Shown one piece after another: positions 32,786-42,164 of a stretch of 64,000 nucleotides of DNA. Source of the DNA: Flavobacteriales bacterium (GTDB lineage: Bacteria > Bacteroidota > Bacteroidia > Flavobacteriales_D > CAJJDF01); assembly GCA_965657945.1 (NCBI GenBank), contig CBFHPW010000006.1, forward strand, positions 18,702-82,701, given 5' to 3'. Both the position numbers and the translations under genes were made by a program. Under the pieces are notes generated by a model. The model worked only from the letters and a program-made list of their open reading frames with translations. It had not been told where the DNA came from and searched no databases. How positions within the stretch are numbered: the first letter of the stretch is position 1; each line of letters starts with the position of its first letter.

Positions 32786-33331
32786 TTATTGCTTTTCTAC
32801 TTGCATGTAATTCAATTCAACAGGAGTTTTCCTACCAAATATCTTTATCATGATTTTTAATTTCTTCTTTTCTTCGTTTACTTCTTCAATGATTCCATCA
32901 AATTTGTTGAAAGGACCATCGGTTACAGTGACACTTTCTCCTACCTGGAAATCGATCGTTGCTTGGTCTTCTAAATCAATAGAATCGTCTGCATGACCTA
33001 AAATTCTGTTTACTTCACTTTCTCTAAGAGCTGATGGATCTCCTCCTTTTTCAAGTCCGAGGAATCCCATTACGTTTGGTATACTTTTAATTAAGTGCTT
33101 TACCTCTCCCTGAAGATTTGTTTGAACCATAATACAACCAGGCAACAAACTTTTTTCTTTTACAATCTTTTTTCCGTCTTTGATTTGAATGACTCTTTCC
33201 ATTGGCACGATTACCTGACCAATGTAAGACGACATATTCAACCTTTCGATTTCAATATCCAAATACTCCTTAGATTTCTTCTCTTTACCTGTTACGGTTT
33301 TCACTATATACCACTTCATAAGTTTATCCAA
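32786..33331 (-). CDS. nusG: Transcription termination/antitermination factor NusG
   Basis: NGN domain 'KWYIVKTVTGKEKK' and KOW motif 'FQVGESVTVTDGPFNKFDGIIEEV'. The start may instead be the second ATG at 33319 (MKWYIV), which removes the 8-nt overlap with secE. Confidence 0.93.
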   Translation of the reverse strand: MDKLMKWYIVKTVTGKEKKSKEYLDIEIERLNMSSYIGQVIVPMERVIQIKDGKKIVKEKSLLPGCIMVQTNLQGEVKHLIKSIPNVMGFLGLEKGGDPSALRESEVNRILGHADDSIDLEDQATIDFQVGESVTVTDGPFNKFDGIIEEVNEEKKKLKIMIKIFGRKTPVELNYMQVEKQ

Positions 33332-33539
33332 TAAATTGGTAAATAAATCCTAACACACCTTTCCATCCTCCTACGTTGATACCGAAAGTAAAATCCATTA
33401 ACCAAACAAGAATAGAAACAATCGCAGATGCGATTAGTACAACAAACGAACTATTTTGAAGTTCTGACCAAGTTGGCCATGTTACTTTTTCGAATAGTTC
33501 AGAAACTACTTCTTGTATGTATGTTCTAATTTTAACCAT
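33324..33539 (-). CDS. secE: Preprotein translocase subunit SecE
   Basis: 71 aa with a single TM helix ('FVVLIASAIVSILVWLMDF') preceded by 'EVVSELFEKVTWPTWSEL', in the canonical position between tRNA-Trp and nusG. Confidence 0.88.
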   Translation of the reverse strand: MVKIRTYIQEVVSELFEKVTWPTWSELQNSSFVVLIASAIVSILVWLMDFTFGINVGGWKGVLGFIYQFIG

Positions 33540-33637
33540 TTCTTATTTGTTCAACTATTACTAGTTTGTTAATTCAATTAAGCTTACCGATAAAACTTAA
33601 CTAGGTATTAATTCCATGCAGAACTAACCTCTTTGAG

Positions 33638-33710
33638 CACGGGTGGAGAGACTCGAACTCCCGGCACCTGGTTTTGGAGACCAGTGCTCTACCAGCTGAG
33701 CTACACCCGT
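33638..33710 (-). tRNA. tRNA-Trp (anticodon CCA)
   Basis: Folded by hand: acceptor ACGGGTG/CACCCGT, anticodon stem CTGGT/ACCAG with loop CTCCAAA, T-loop TTCGAGT. 73 nt, CCA not encoded. Confidence 0.92.
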
Positions 33711-33753
33711 AAAAATAGCAAAACAATTCCAGCCTTAGAAAAGACTGGAATTG
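33711..33753 (-). terminator. Hairpin plus U-tract between tuf and tRNA-Trp (terminator/attenuator)
   Basis: The minus-strand RNA reads CAAUUCCAG-(12 nt)-CUGGAAUUG followed by UUUUGCUAUUUUU, directly abutting the tRNA-Trp 5' end. Confidence 0.5.
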
Positions 33754-33777
33754 CTAACTATTGTATAAGTGTAATTC

Positions 33778-34965
33778 TTAATCTAGAATCTCAGTAACTT
33801 GTCCTGCACCTACTGTTCTTCCACCTTCTCTGATTGCAAATCTAAGTCCTTTAGACATTGCAACTGGAACGATCAAATCAACAGTAATTGTAACGTTATC
33901 ACCAGGCATTACCATTTCTCTTCCTGCTTCTAGAGAAATTTCTCCAGTTACATCAGTAGTTCTCAAGTAAAACTGAGGTCTGTATTTGTTTTGGAATGGA
34001 GTATGTCTTCCACCCTCTTCTTTTTTCAAAACATATATTTCAGCTTTGAATTTTTTGTGAGGCGTAATAGTTCCAGGTCTAGTAATAACCATTCCTCTTT
34101 TAATTGCAGATTTTTCTACCCCTCTCAATAAAAGTCCTACGTTATCTCCAGCTTCTCCTCTGTCCAATATTTTTCTAAACATTTCTACTCCAGTAACTGT
34201 AGATTTCAATGGAGTTTCAATCATTCCTGAAATTTCTACTTCGTCTCCTGAGTTAATTACTCCAGTTTCAATTCTTCCTGTAGCAACCGTTCCTCTTCCA
34301 GTAATTGAGAATACATCTTCCACTGGCATCAAGAAATCTTTGTCTACATCTCTTGGAGGCAATTCGATCCAAGTATCAACAGCTTCCATCAATTCGTTTA
34401 CAGTAGCAACCCACTTCTCTTCTCCGTTAAGAGCTCCAAGTGCAGATCCAGCGATAACCGGTCCGTTGTCACCATCATATTGATAGAAAGACAATAATTC
34501 TCTGATTTCCATTTCAACTAGTTCTAACAACTCTTCGTCATCAACCATATCCACTTTATTCATGAATACAACCATTCTTGGAACACCTACTTGTCTTCCT
34601 AATAAGATGTGCTCTCTAGTTTGAGGCATAGGTCCGTCAGTTGCTGCAACTACCAAGATAGCTCCATCCATTTGAGCAGCTCCCGTTACCATGTTCTTCA
34701 CGTAATCTGCGTGACCTGGACAATCAACGTGCGCGTAATGTCTGTTTGCTGTTTGATACTCAATGTGTGATGTGTTAATTGTAATCCCTCTTTCTTTTTC
34801 TTCAGGGGCATTATCAATTGAACTAAAATCTCTGTTCTCAGCTAATCCCTGAGATGCAAGCACACTAGAAATAGCGGCTGTTAAAGTAGTTTTTCCGTGA
34901 TCTACGTGACCAATTGTACCGATATTAACGTGCGGTTTTGATCTGTCGAATGTTTCTTTAGCCAT
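33778..34965 (-). CDS. tuf: Elongation factor Tu
   Basis: 395 aa with '[10 protein letters not shown]', 'DCPGHADY', 'NKVD'. Confidence 0.98.
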   Translation of the reverse strand: MAKETFDRSKPHVNIGTIGHVDHGKTTLTAAISSVLASQGLAENRDFSSIDNAPEEKERGITINTSHIEYQTANRHYAHVDCPGHADYVKNMVTGAAQMDGAILVVAATDGPMPQTREHILLGRQVGVPRMVVFMNKVDMVDDEELLELVEMEIRELLSFYQYDGDNGPVIAGSALGALNGEEKWVATVNELMEAVDTWIELPPRDVDKDFLMPVEDVFSITGRGTVATGRIETGVINSGDEVEISGMIETPLKSTVTGVEMFRKILDRGEAGDNVGLLLRGVEKSAIKRGMVITRPGTITPHKKFKAEIYVLKKEEGGRHTPFQNKYRPQFYLRTTDVTGEISLEAGREMVMPGDNVTITVDLIVPVAMSKGLRFAIREGGRTVGAGQVTEILD

Positions 34966-35021
34966 GGCTATGTTGTTTTTTTGTTGTTATTATTTATTTA
35001 TATTATAAGTCGTTTAATTAG

Positions 35022-35093
<72 letters not shown>

Positions 35094-35102
35094 AAAACAA
35101 TG

Positions 35103-35175
35103 AGCGGGAGACGGGGCTCAAACCCGCGACCCTCAGCTTGGAAGGCTGACGCTCTATCAACTGAGCTACTCCCGC
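35103..35175 (-). tRNA. tRNA-Gly (anticodon TCC)
   Basis: Folded by hand: acceptor GCGGGAG/CTCCCGC, anticodon stem TCAGC/GCTGA with loop CTTCCAA. 73 nt. Confidence 0.9.
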
Positions 35176-35200
35176 TTATAATCTTACTAATTTATTCTTG

Positions 35201-35282
<82 letters not shown>

Positions 35283-35362
35283 AAATGAATTATATTTCAA
35301 AAAACTAAAAGTCTTAACTCGACTTCCTAACATGAAAAATCATGCTTAGTTTCAAACAAAAG

Positions 35363-35436
35363 AGCCGATAGAGGGACTCGAACCCACGACCTGCTGATTA
35401 CAAATCAGCTGCTCTAGCCAGCTGAGCTATATCGGC
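35363..35436 (-). tRNA. tRNA-Thr (anticodon TGT)
   Basis: Folded by hand: acceptor GCCGATA/TATCGGC, anticodon stem GCTGA/TCAGC with loop TTTGTAA, T-loop TTCGAGT (one U-U mismatch in the T stem). 74 nt. Confidence 0.85.
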
Positions 35437-35465
35437 TTTTATTCCCCTGAACGTTTTAGGGTTTG

Positions 35466-35496
35466 CAAATCTAGAAAAGATATTTTACTATTCAAA
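35466..35496 (-). promoter_or_regulatory. Candidate Bacteroidota-type promoter of the tRNA-tuf operon
   Basis: On the minus strand, TTTG (35496-35493), a 19-nt spacer, then TAGATTTG (35473-35466). This matches the TTTG/TAnnTTTG consensus and ends 29 nt upstream of the first tRNA. Confidence 0.5.
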
Positions 35497-35574
35497 CATT
35501 TTTAATAAAAATATTTACTTTTTTTCATCCCAACTTATTTATTGCTTTTTACAGCCTGAAAATAAGAGGTTTTT

Positions 35575-35607
35575 ATACAAAAAAGCCCTGCTTTTTTTAG
35601 CAGGGCT
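35575..35607 (-). terminator. Rho-independent terminator of hpf
   Basis: 8-bp GC-rich stem AGCCCTGC/GCAGGGCT (35584-35591 / 35600-35607) followed on the minus strand by UUUUUGU. The element is symmetric, with a T-run inside the loop. Confidence 0.6.
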
Positions 35608-35626
35608 CGAAATTAATATTTTTTTA

Positions 35627-35914
35627 TTAATTCTTAGTTTTATGTTTATTAATTTGTCTTCTTAGAGCTTCTATCGCCTCATCGGTCGCCTCCTCAAAGG
35701 TTTTACACTGTTTCTTTGCAAATAAATCTTTTCCCGGAATAGCAAGTTTTATTTCAGCCACCTTATTCTCTTTATCAGCTGGTTCCAGTTTAAGAAATAC
35801 ATCCCCTCCTATTATCTTGTCGTAATATTGAGTTAACTTACCTAGTTTATCCTCTATAAACTTTACTAATTTTTGATCCGCGTCAAAATGAATTGACTGT
35901 ACTTTAATTTCCAT
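35627..35914 (-). CDS. hpf: Ribosome hibernation promoting factor / RaiA family (short form)
   Basis: 95 aa, 'MEIKVQSIHFDADQKLVKFIEDKLGKL...' with the typical sigma-54 modulation protein/S30EA fold pattern. Confidence 0.85.
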   Translation of the reverse strand: MEIKVQSIHFDADQKLVKFIEDKLGKLTQYYDKIIGGDVFLKLEPADKENKVAEIKLAIPGKDLFAKKQCKTFEEATDEAIEALRRQINKHKTKN

Positions 35915-35938
35915 AATTCTTGTTGTTTAAGGTTAATA

Positions 35939-36835
35939 CTAATTTTCTTTAGGATGAAATTTCTTGTAAGCATCCTTTAATCTTTCTATTGAGTTGTGAG
36001 TGTACACCTGAGTAGCTGTCAGATTTGCATGACCTAAAATTTCCTTAATTGTTTGGAGCTGTGCTCCGTTATTCAGCATATTGGTAGCGAAAGAATGCCT
36101 CATGGTATGAGGACTGCGTTTACTCTCATTTGTTACTAATCCAAGATAGTGATTTACCGTTCGATAAACAAACTTTTCATACAGTTTATTCCCTTTGTTT
36201 GTGACTAACAAAAATTCATGGTCACAACTCCCAAACTCTTCTTTTTTGCTCTGTTTATAAAGTTTCAACAACTCTATTAATCTTTGAGTCAATGGAACCA
36301 ATCTTTCCTTATTTCCTTTACCTAATACTTTCAATTTGTTAGAAAAGATATCCACCTCTTTAATATGAATTAATTCTGATAACCTTATACCTGTTCCGTA
36401 GAATAGCTCTAGCATTAAAATATCCCTAATTCCATAAAAAGTGTTTTGAAAGATTTCGAGCTGAAACAATTCTTCGAGTTTGTTTTGTTCAAAATAAACT
36501 GGCAATCTTTTCGATTGTTTTGGAGAGACAATACTATTCATTGGCGTAGAAATGATAACCCCTTGAATCATAAGGTATTTATAGAGAGTCTTTAAAGTAG
36601 AGATTTTTCTATTAATAGAACGGGCAGAAATACCACTTTCTTTTAGTTCTGCAATCCACGCTCTAATTTCGTTGTGTGTTGCGTCACCAAAACTTTCTGT
36701 CCGAAAAGTAGACTGAAGAAAATCTTGAAACTGATTTAAATCGCTTAAATAAGAGGTTACAGTATGGACAGAAAGCCTTCGCTCATTTTGAACATAACTC
36801 TTAAAATTGACCATTTGAGTTTCAAAGGAATTCAT
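35939..36835 (-). CDS. Tyrosine-type site-specific recombinase (XerC/XerD-like)
   Basis: N-terminal SAM-like core-binding domain. Catalytic residues lie in 'GIRLSEL' (Arg), 'HTMRHSFAT' (HxxR) and 'LGHANLTATQVYTH' (His/Tyr). Confidence 0.85.
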   Translation of the reverse strand: MNSFETQMVNFKSYVQNERRLSVHTVTSYLSDLNQFQDFLQSTFRTESFGDATHNEIRAWIAELKESGISARSINRKISTLKTLYKYLMIQGVIISTPMNSIVSPKQSKRLPVYFEQNKLEELFQLEIFQNTFYGIRDILMLELFYGTGIRLSELIHIKEVDIFSNKLKVLGKGNKERLVPLTQRLIELLKLYKQSKKEEFGSCDHEFLLVTNKGNKLYEKFVYRTVNHYLGLVTNESKRSPHTMRHSFATNMLNNGAQLQTIKEILGHANLTATQVYTHNSIERLKDAYKKFHPKEN

Positions 36836-37032
36836 ATTCTTTCATTTCTTTTATTGAATTTACGAAAATCTACTTCAAAACAAAAACTTATTTTAAATTC
36901 AAAAAACCAACACAAACCATTCTTTAATTGTCATTGTAAATTTTATAAAATATTGTTTCATATAGTTTTAAAACAATAAAACAAACAATTACTTTAATTG
37001 TAAAATTAGAAGGTAATTAAAGATTTGAAAAT

Positions 37033-37066
37033 AAAAAAAGCCTCGTTTCAAACAGAAACAAGGCTT
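37033..37066 (-). terminator. Rho-independent terminator of dnaK
   Basis: The minus-strand RNA reads AGCCUUGUUUC-UGUUU-GAAACGAGGCU followed by UUUUUUU, about 25 nt after the dnaK stop. Confidence 0.6.
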
Positions 37067-37089
37067 TGACTCATTAATAATTAGTTTTC

Positions 37090-38985
37090 TTATTTGTCTT
37101 CAGACACTTCTTCGAAATCTACATCAGTAACTTCTTCGTCACCTTCTGAACTAGCTTCTGCTCCTTCTTGAGCGCCTGCTTCATCTTGGGCAGCATACAT
37201 TTCCTGGCTAGCAGCCTGGAAGGTAGTTGTTACTTTTTCAATTCCAGCTTTCATCGCAGCCAAATCTTTTGATTCGTGTGCTGTTTTTAATTCTGCTAAC
37301 GCTTCTTCAATTGGCGCTTTTTTATCTGCTGGAATTTTGTCTCCGTACTCCTCAAGTTGCTTTTCAGTTTGGAAAATCAAACTATCTGCCTGGTTTACAG
37401 TTTCAGCTTCTTCCATTTTAGCTTTATCGGCATCCGCATTTGCTTCTGCTTCTTCCTTCATTTTTTGAATTTCTTCATCGCTTAAACCTGAGGAAGCTTC
37501 AATTCGGATGTTCTGCTCTTTTCCTGTTGCCTTGTCTTTAGCAGAAACATTGATAATTCCGTTTGCATCGATATCAAAAATAACCTCAATTTGCGGCTCT
37601 CCTCTTCTTGCTGGCGGGATGTCTGTCAATTGAAATCTACCTAATGTTCTGTTGTCGGCTGCCATCGGTCTTTCTCCTTGCAATACATGGATATCCACTG
37701 CTGGCTGGTTATCGGCAGCTGTAGAAAAGACTTGAGATTTTTTAGTTGGGATAGTTGTGTTTGCATCAATCAACCTTGTCAAGACCCCACCCATTGTTTC
37801 AATTCCTAAAGAAAGTGGAGTTACATCTAACAACAGAACATCTTTTACTTCTCCTGTTAACACACCACCTTGAATCGCAGCTCCTACAGCAACAACCTCA
37901 TCAGGATTCACTCCTTTAGATGGTTCTTTTCCGAAATATTTTTTCACTGCATCCTGTACAGCTGGTATTCTTGTAGAACCTCCTACCAAAATAATTTCAT
38001 CAATGTCACTAGCAGATAGTCCTGCAGATTTCATTGCAGTCACACAAGGTTCGATTGTTCTTTTTACCAAATCATCAATTAACTGCTCAAATTTAGCTCT
38101 AGACAAAGTTCTTACCAAGTGTTTTGGTATTCCGTCTACTGGCATGATGTAGGGCAAGTTTATTTCAGATGAAGTGGTGCTTGACAATTCAATTTTTGCC
38201 TTTTCTGCTGCCTCTTTCAATCTTTGCAATGCCATTGGGTCATCTCTTAAATCAATCCCTTCGTCATTCTTGAATTCATCTGCCAACCAGTCGATGATTT
38301 TTTGATCTACATCGTCTCCTCCAAGGTGGGTATCCCCATCTGTAGAGAGTACTTCAAATACTCCATCTCCCAGTTCCAAAATAGAAACGTCATGTGTTCC
38401 TCCTCCGAAATCGAAAACAACAACTTTCTGGTCTGTGTTCTTTTTGTCCAATCCGTATGCTAATGCTGCGGCAGTTGGCTCATTAATAATTCTTTTGATT
38501 GTTAATCCTGCAATTTCACCTGCTTCTTTGGTAGCTTGTCTTTGTGCATCATTAAAGTATGCCGGAACTGTAACCACTGCCTCTGACACTGAAGTACCCA
38601 AGTAATCCTCTGCAGTTTTTTTCATTTTTTGAAGAATCATTGCTGAAATTTCTTGTGGAGTGTACAACCTGTCGTCAATTTTAACTCTTGGTGTATTGTT
38701 GTCTCCTTTAACTACGTTGTAAGGAACTCTTTTTACTTCTTTGCTTGACTCATCAAAGCTATTTCCCATAAATCTCTTGATAGAGAAAATAGTTTTTGTT
38801 GGGTTTGTGATAGCTTGCCTTTTTGCAGGATCCCCTACTTTTCTTTCTCCTCCATCAACAAAAGCTACAACAGAAGGTGTTGTTCTTTTTCCTTCGCTAT
38901 TAGGAATTACAACTGGCTCATTTCCTTCCATTACAGAAACACATGAATTGGTTGTTCCTAAATCTATTCCTATTATTTTACTCAT
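37090..38985 (-). CDS. dnaK: Molecular chaperone DnaK (Hsp70)
   Basis: 631 aa with '[12 protein letters not shown]', '[12 protein letters not shown]', and an acidic C-terminal tail. Confidence 0.98.
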   Translation of the reverse strand: MSKIIGIDLGTTNSCVSVMEGNEPVVIPNSEGKRTTPSVVAFVDGGERKVGDPAKRQAITNPTKTIFSIKRFMGNSFDESSKEVKRVPYNVVKGDNNTPRVKIDDRLYTPQEISAMILQKMKKTAEDYLGTSVSEAVVTVPAYFNDAQRQATKEAGEIAGLTIKRIINEPTAAALAYGLDKKNTDQKVVVFDFGGGTHDVSILELGDGVFEVLSTDGDTHLGGDDVDQKIIDWLADEFKNDEGIDLRDDPMALQRLKEAAEKAKIELSSTTSSEINLPYIMPVDGIPKHLVRTLSRAKFEQLIDDLVKRTIEPCVTAMKSAGLSASDIDEIILVGGSTRIPAVQDAVKKYFGKEPSKGVNPDEVVAVGAAIQGGVLTGEVKDVLLLDVTPLSLGIETMGGVLTRLIDANTTIPTKKSQVFSTAADNQPAVDIHVLQGERPMAADNRTLGRFQLTDIPPARRGEPQIEVIFDIDANGIINVSAKDKATGKEQNIRIEASSGLSDEEIQKMKEEAEANADADKAKMEEAETVNQADSLIFQTEKQLEEYGDKIPADKKAPIEEALAELKTAHESKDLAAMKAGIEKVTTTFQAASQEMYAAQDEAGAQEGAEASSEGDEEVTDVDFEEVSEDK

Positions 38986-39152
38986 AATTTTTATGTATTG
39001 TTTTTTTATTAAAAATTCAATATCGACTATTCAATGATTGTGCCACTGGTTCTTTCGTGTCAGTTTTATGACATTGCAATACAGAATACAGTGTCAGAAA
39101 GACAGAATGGCAGAAAGTGAAGTAAAATTCTTGAATAAGTTTGACACTAAAA

Positions 39153-40181
39153 TTAAGAATTCACTGTCCAGGTAGTCAATCCCTGCATACAAAACTCATA
39201 ACTCTGAACATATCCACCACATTCATTCAAAGTCTTGATTACATTTTGTCTGTTCGACTCTTCGGAATAAAAAATCATAAAACCTCCTCCTCCTGCACCT
39301 GAGATTTTTCCACCAGTAGCACCAGCTTGTATGGTTGCACTATAAATATCATCAATGAATTGATTGGAAATACCTGCAGCCATTTTCTTTTTATTTTCCC
39401 AGCTAAAAGCCAAAATCTCTCCCACTTTTTTAAGTTCACCAGAAAGTAATGCCCTTTTCATAAAGAATGCTTGATCTTTAACAATTTTCATTGCCTCAAT
39501 AGGAATTTCTTTGTTTTGGCGAGCATTGTTCGATTGAGTTTCTATTATCTTGGCAGACTCTCTACTTGTTTTTGAGTAGTACAAAATAAGGTTGTACTGA
39601 AGTTCATTCAATACTTCATTTTTTATATTTAAAGGCTTTACAATTACAGAGTTATCTTTGTAAAATTCCATAAAATTAACCCCTCCGAAAGTTGCAGCAT
39701 ATTGATCTTGCTTTCCTCCAGCCATTCCCAAGTCATTCCTCTCTATTTCAAAGGCAAGCTGAGCGATGTCATATTCACCCAAAGGCAACTTGAACCATTC
39801 TACAAATGCGCCCAATACAGAAACAACCAAAGTAGAGGACGTTCCCAACCCAGATCCAGAAGACACATCCATCGAGGTGTTCATTTCAAATGACAAGTTG
39901 GTTTTTCCAAATTGTTTTACAATTCTGTTATACACTCCCACCTGTAAATCCAAAATTCCATTTGTCGGTAATACATCCGAAGAATCAAAAATTAATTCCT
40001 CCTCCCTATCAGGAGCTCTAAATATTATCTTTCCATCAGTGCGAGGGATAATTGTGGTGTAGGCATACAAATTAATTGAAGCATTGAGAGTAGCACCTCC
40101 ATAATTATCAGAAAAAGGGCTGACATCACTTCCTCCTCCGGCTAATCCGATTCTAAACGGGGCTTTACTTCTGTACTTCAC
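39153..40181 (-). CDS. GHMP-family sugar kinase (COG2605 / HddA- or fucokinase-like)
   Basis: GTG start. N-terminal 'APFRIGLAGGGSDVSPF', GHMP motif II 'SSGSGLGTSSTLVVS', motif III 'KISGAGGGGFMIF'. Confidence 0.75.
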   Translation of the reverse strand: MKYRSKAPFRIGLAGGGSDVSPFSDNYGGATLNASINLYAYTTIIPRTDGKIIFRAPDREEELIFDSSDVLPTNGILDLQVGVYNRIVKQFGKTNLSFEMNTSMDVSSGSGLGTSSTLVVSVLGAFVEWFKLPLGEYDIAQLAFEIERNDLGMAGGKQDQYAATFGGVNFMEFYKDNSVIVKPLNIKNEVLNELQYNLILYYSKTSRESAKIIETQSNNARQNKEIPIEAMKIVKDQAFFMKRALLSGELKKVGEILAFSWENKKKMAAGISNQFIDDIYSATIQAGATGGKISGAGGGGFMIFYSEESNRQNVIKTLNECGGYVQSYEFCMQGLTTWTVNS

Positions 40182-40190
40182 TGGTTTGCT

Positions 40191-41144
40191 TTATATTTCT
40201 TTTTCTACGGCATAATTATTCCTGATTGGAGAGTTACGACCAATTAACTCAGCTATGAAGCCAGCCAAAAATAGCTGTGTACCCACAATCATCGAAAAAA
40301 GCGCAATGTGAAACCACGTATTGTCTGCCAACAGGGTTGCTCCTTTATTGATAAACAACTTATCTATTCCCAACCAAAAGGTAAGTCCAAATCCAAGAAT
40401 AAAGAACAAGGTTCCAATCAATCCAAAAAAGTGCATTGGCTTTTTTCCGAAACGAGTAATGAACGTGATTGTAAATAAATCCAAGAACCCATTTACAAAT
40501 CTATTCAACCCAAATTTCGAAACCCCGTATTTACGTTCTTGGTGTTGAACTACTTTCTCTCCTATCTTATCGAACCCGGCTCCTTTTGCAATTACAGGTA
40601 TGTAACGATGCATTTCTCCAAAAATCTCTATCGAGCGCACCACATCTCCCTTGTATGCTTTAAGCCCACAGTTCATGTCGTGCAATTTTATTCCACTAAA
40701 AACACGTGTTACGCCATTGTATAATTTTGTTGGAATTGTTTTCGACAAAGGATCATGCCTTTCCTTTTTCCAACCCGACACAATGTCAAAATCTTCTTTG
40801 GTAACCATTCTATACAGTTCTGGAATTTCATCTGGACTGTCCTGCAAATCTGCATCCATAGTAATGACAACAGCTCCTTTTGTAGAAGCAAATCCAGTAT
40901 TCAAGGCCGCGGATTTTCCGTAATTTCTTCTGAACTTAATTCCTTTGACGAAAGCATAACTATTCTTAAGCTCCTCGACAATTTCCCAAGATCTATCTTT
41001 ACTTCCATCATCAATCAATATAACTTCAAAAGAATAATTCTCCTTCTTACACACCTTGTCAATCCATGATATTAATTCCGGCAAAGACTCTTCCTCGTTA
41101 TACAAAGGAACTACGATAGATAAATCCAAATTTGTTGTTTCCAA
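40191..41144 (-). CDS. Family 2 glycosyltransferase, polyprenyl-phosphate glycosyltransferase type (DPM1/GtrB/ArnC-like)
   Basis: 'LSIVVPLYNEEESL', DxD 'MDADLQD', and two C-terminal TM helices as in GtrB/ArnC-type enzymes. The start (TTG at 41144) is uncertain. Confidence 0.75.
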   Translation of the reverse strand: METTNLDLSIVVPLYNEEESLPELISWIDKVCKKENYSFEVILIDDGSKDRSWEIVEELKNSYAFVKGIKFRRNYGKSAALNTGFASTKGAVVITMDADLQDSPDEIPELYRMVTKEDFDIVSGWKKERHDPLSKTIPTKLYNGVTRVFSGIKLHDMNCGLKAYKGDVVRSIEIFGEMHRYIPVIAKGAGFDKIGEKVVQHQERKYGVSKFGLNRFVNGFLDLFTITFITRFGKKPMHFFGLIGTLFFILGFGLTFWLGIDKLFINKGATLLADNTWFHIALFSMIVGTQLFLAGFIAELIGRNSPIRNNYAVEKEI

Positions 41145-41162
41145 TACTTTTGCTTTTAAAAT

Positions 41163-41741
41163 TTATTTCTTCAAACCATTTGCGAATTGCTCTATAAGAC
41201 TTTCGATATTTTTATCGGTTTTGAACACAGATGAATCCATCTCTTCAATTGTCTTTATAGCCTGATCTACCTCTATACTTTCAATGAATTCATTTATTCC
41301 CTCGCTACTGATATCTATTCCCTCTCCCACTTTTTCTAATATCCCGTTAACATCTATTCCTTTAAATTTATCCAATAAATTATCCAGGGCATTCACGGCC
41401 GATGACTGAATATCTACTTTCCATTCTCCATTCTCTTTAATTAGCGATAAGGGCATGGGTTTTAAATTTCCTTCTGTAAAACAATCGCAATTGCTTATTT
41501 CATTGTCGGTCACACAATCAACAGCTGTTATTTCTTCATTATCGATTGTTAAATTTAAGTTTTCTCCCACTAAATCTATCATAGATTTAGATTTTTCGGT
41601 CACTAATAACCTCGCCTTTTCTCCCTCACTATTTTGAATTGCTGTGAAAAATTCTTTTGCTACACTCTCAGGTGAGTTTGGGTTGGAACAGGCAAAAAAT
41701 AGTCCTAAAAATAAAAATTTGATGTTTTTTAATAGCGCCAT
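41163..41741 (-). CDS. Hypothetical lipoprotein
   Basis: Lipobox 'LFFACSNP'. The mature part is acidic, with no catalytic motif. Confidence 0.5.
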   Translation of the reverse strand: MALLKNIKFLFLGLFFACSNPNSPESVAKEFFTAIQNSEGEKARLLVTEKSKSMIDLVGENLNLTIDNEEITAVDCVTDNEISNCDCFTEGNLKPMPLSLIKENGEWKVDIQSSAVNALDNLLDKFKGIDVNGILEKVGEGIDISSEGINEFIESIEVDQAIKTIEEMDSSVFKTDKNIESLIEQFANGLKK

Positions 41742-41774
41742 AAAATCATTATATGTTTATAAAAAATGAAGTTA

Positions 41775-41811
41775 CAAAAAAAGGCACAATATAAATTGTG
41801 CCTTTTTTTTA
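41775..41811. terminator. Symmetric (bidirectional-type) terminator hairpin
   Basis: AGGCACAAT-ATAA-ATTGTGCCT (41782-41803), flanked by an A-run on the left and a T-run on the right. On the minus strand it follows the 84-aa gene. Confidence 0.55.
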
Positions 41812-41833
41812 AAAAAATTAGTTAAAATGCTAA

Positions 41834-42088
41834 TTAGTGAGCAGAAACTTCTTCAGCTTCTTCTTCAACCATTTCTTCAGCTTTTGCTTCAGTTGTGTCG
41901 TTCGCTTCTTCAGTTGTTTCAGTAGCTTCTTCTTCCGTAGCTTCTTCTTCCATAGCTTCATCTTCAGCTCCTTCTACTCCTTCAACATTCTCAGTTCCAG
42001 CGTCTACTGCTCCTTCAGCATTATCAGTAGCAGCTTCACATGAAAATAATGCAACGGCAGCAACGATAGTTAAAAATTTAATTTTCAT
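41834..42088 (-). CDS. Small, extremely acidic putative lipoprotein
   Basis: 84 aa. Signal plus lipobox 'AAVALFSCEA', then a Glu/Ala/Thr low-complexity region ('EEEATEEEATETTEEANDTTEAKAEEMVEEEAEE'). Confidence 0.5.
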   Translation of the reverse strand: MKIKFLTIVAAVALFSCEAATDNAEGAVDAGTENVEGVEGAEDEAMEEEATEEEATETTEEANDTTEAKAEEMVEEEAEEVSAH

Positions 42089-42164
42089 AATCTTTGATAT
42101 AATAGGGTTAATAATTGTACAAAGCTAACATTATTCTAATAATCTCAAAAAAAAAACCTCTTAA

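Noticed and set aside
35939-36835. Tyrosine recombinase next to a tRNA cluster, considered as a possible integrase of a genomic island
   Set aside because: It lies on the 5' (promoter) side of the tRNAs. I could find no duplicated tRNA 3' end or att-like direct repeat. Its neighbours are housekeeping genes (hpf, dnaK), and this xerC-like/hpf/tRNA/tuf arrangement is, as far as I recall, conserved in Bacteroidota. I treat it as a chromosomal Xer-like recombinase and not as a mobile element.
36836-37089. Many short palindromes and direct repeats (for example GTTTTAAAAC, and CTTTAATTGT twice) upstream of the recombinase, considered as a possible invertible promoter
   Set aside because: The region is extremely AT-rich, so repeats of this length are expected by chance. 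No long (more than 15 bp) inverted repeats flank a promoter-sized segment.
41837-42128. Two plus-strand ORFs (68 and 77 aa) antisense to the acidic lipoprotein gene
   Set aside because: They are Ser/Phe-rich low-complexity shadows of the GAA/GAG-rich coding strand. Only the minus-strand frame has a signal peptide, a lipobox and a terminator.
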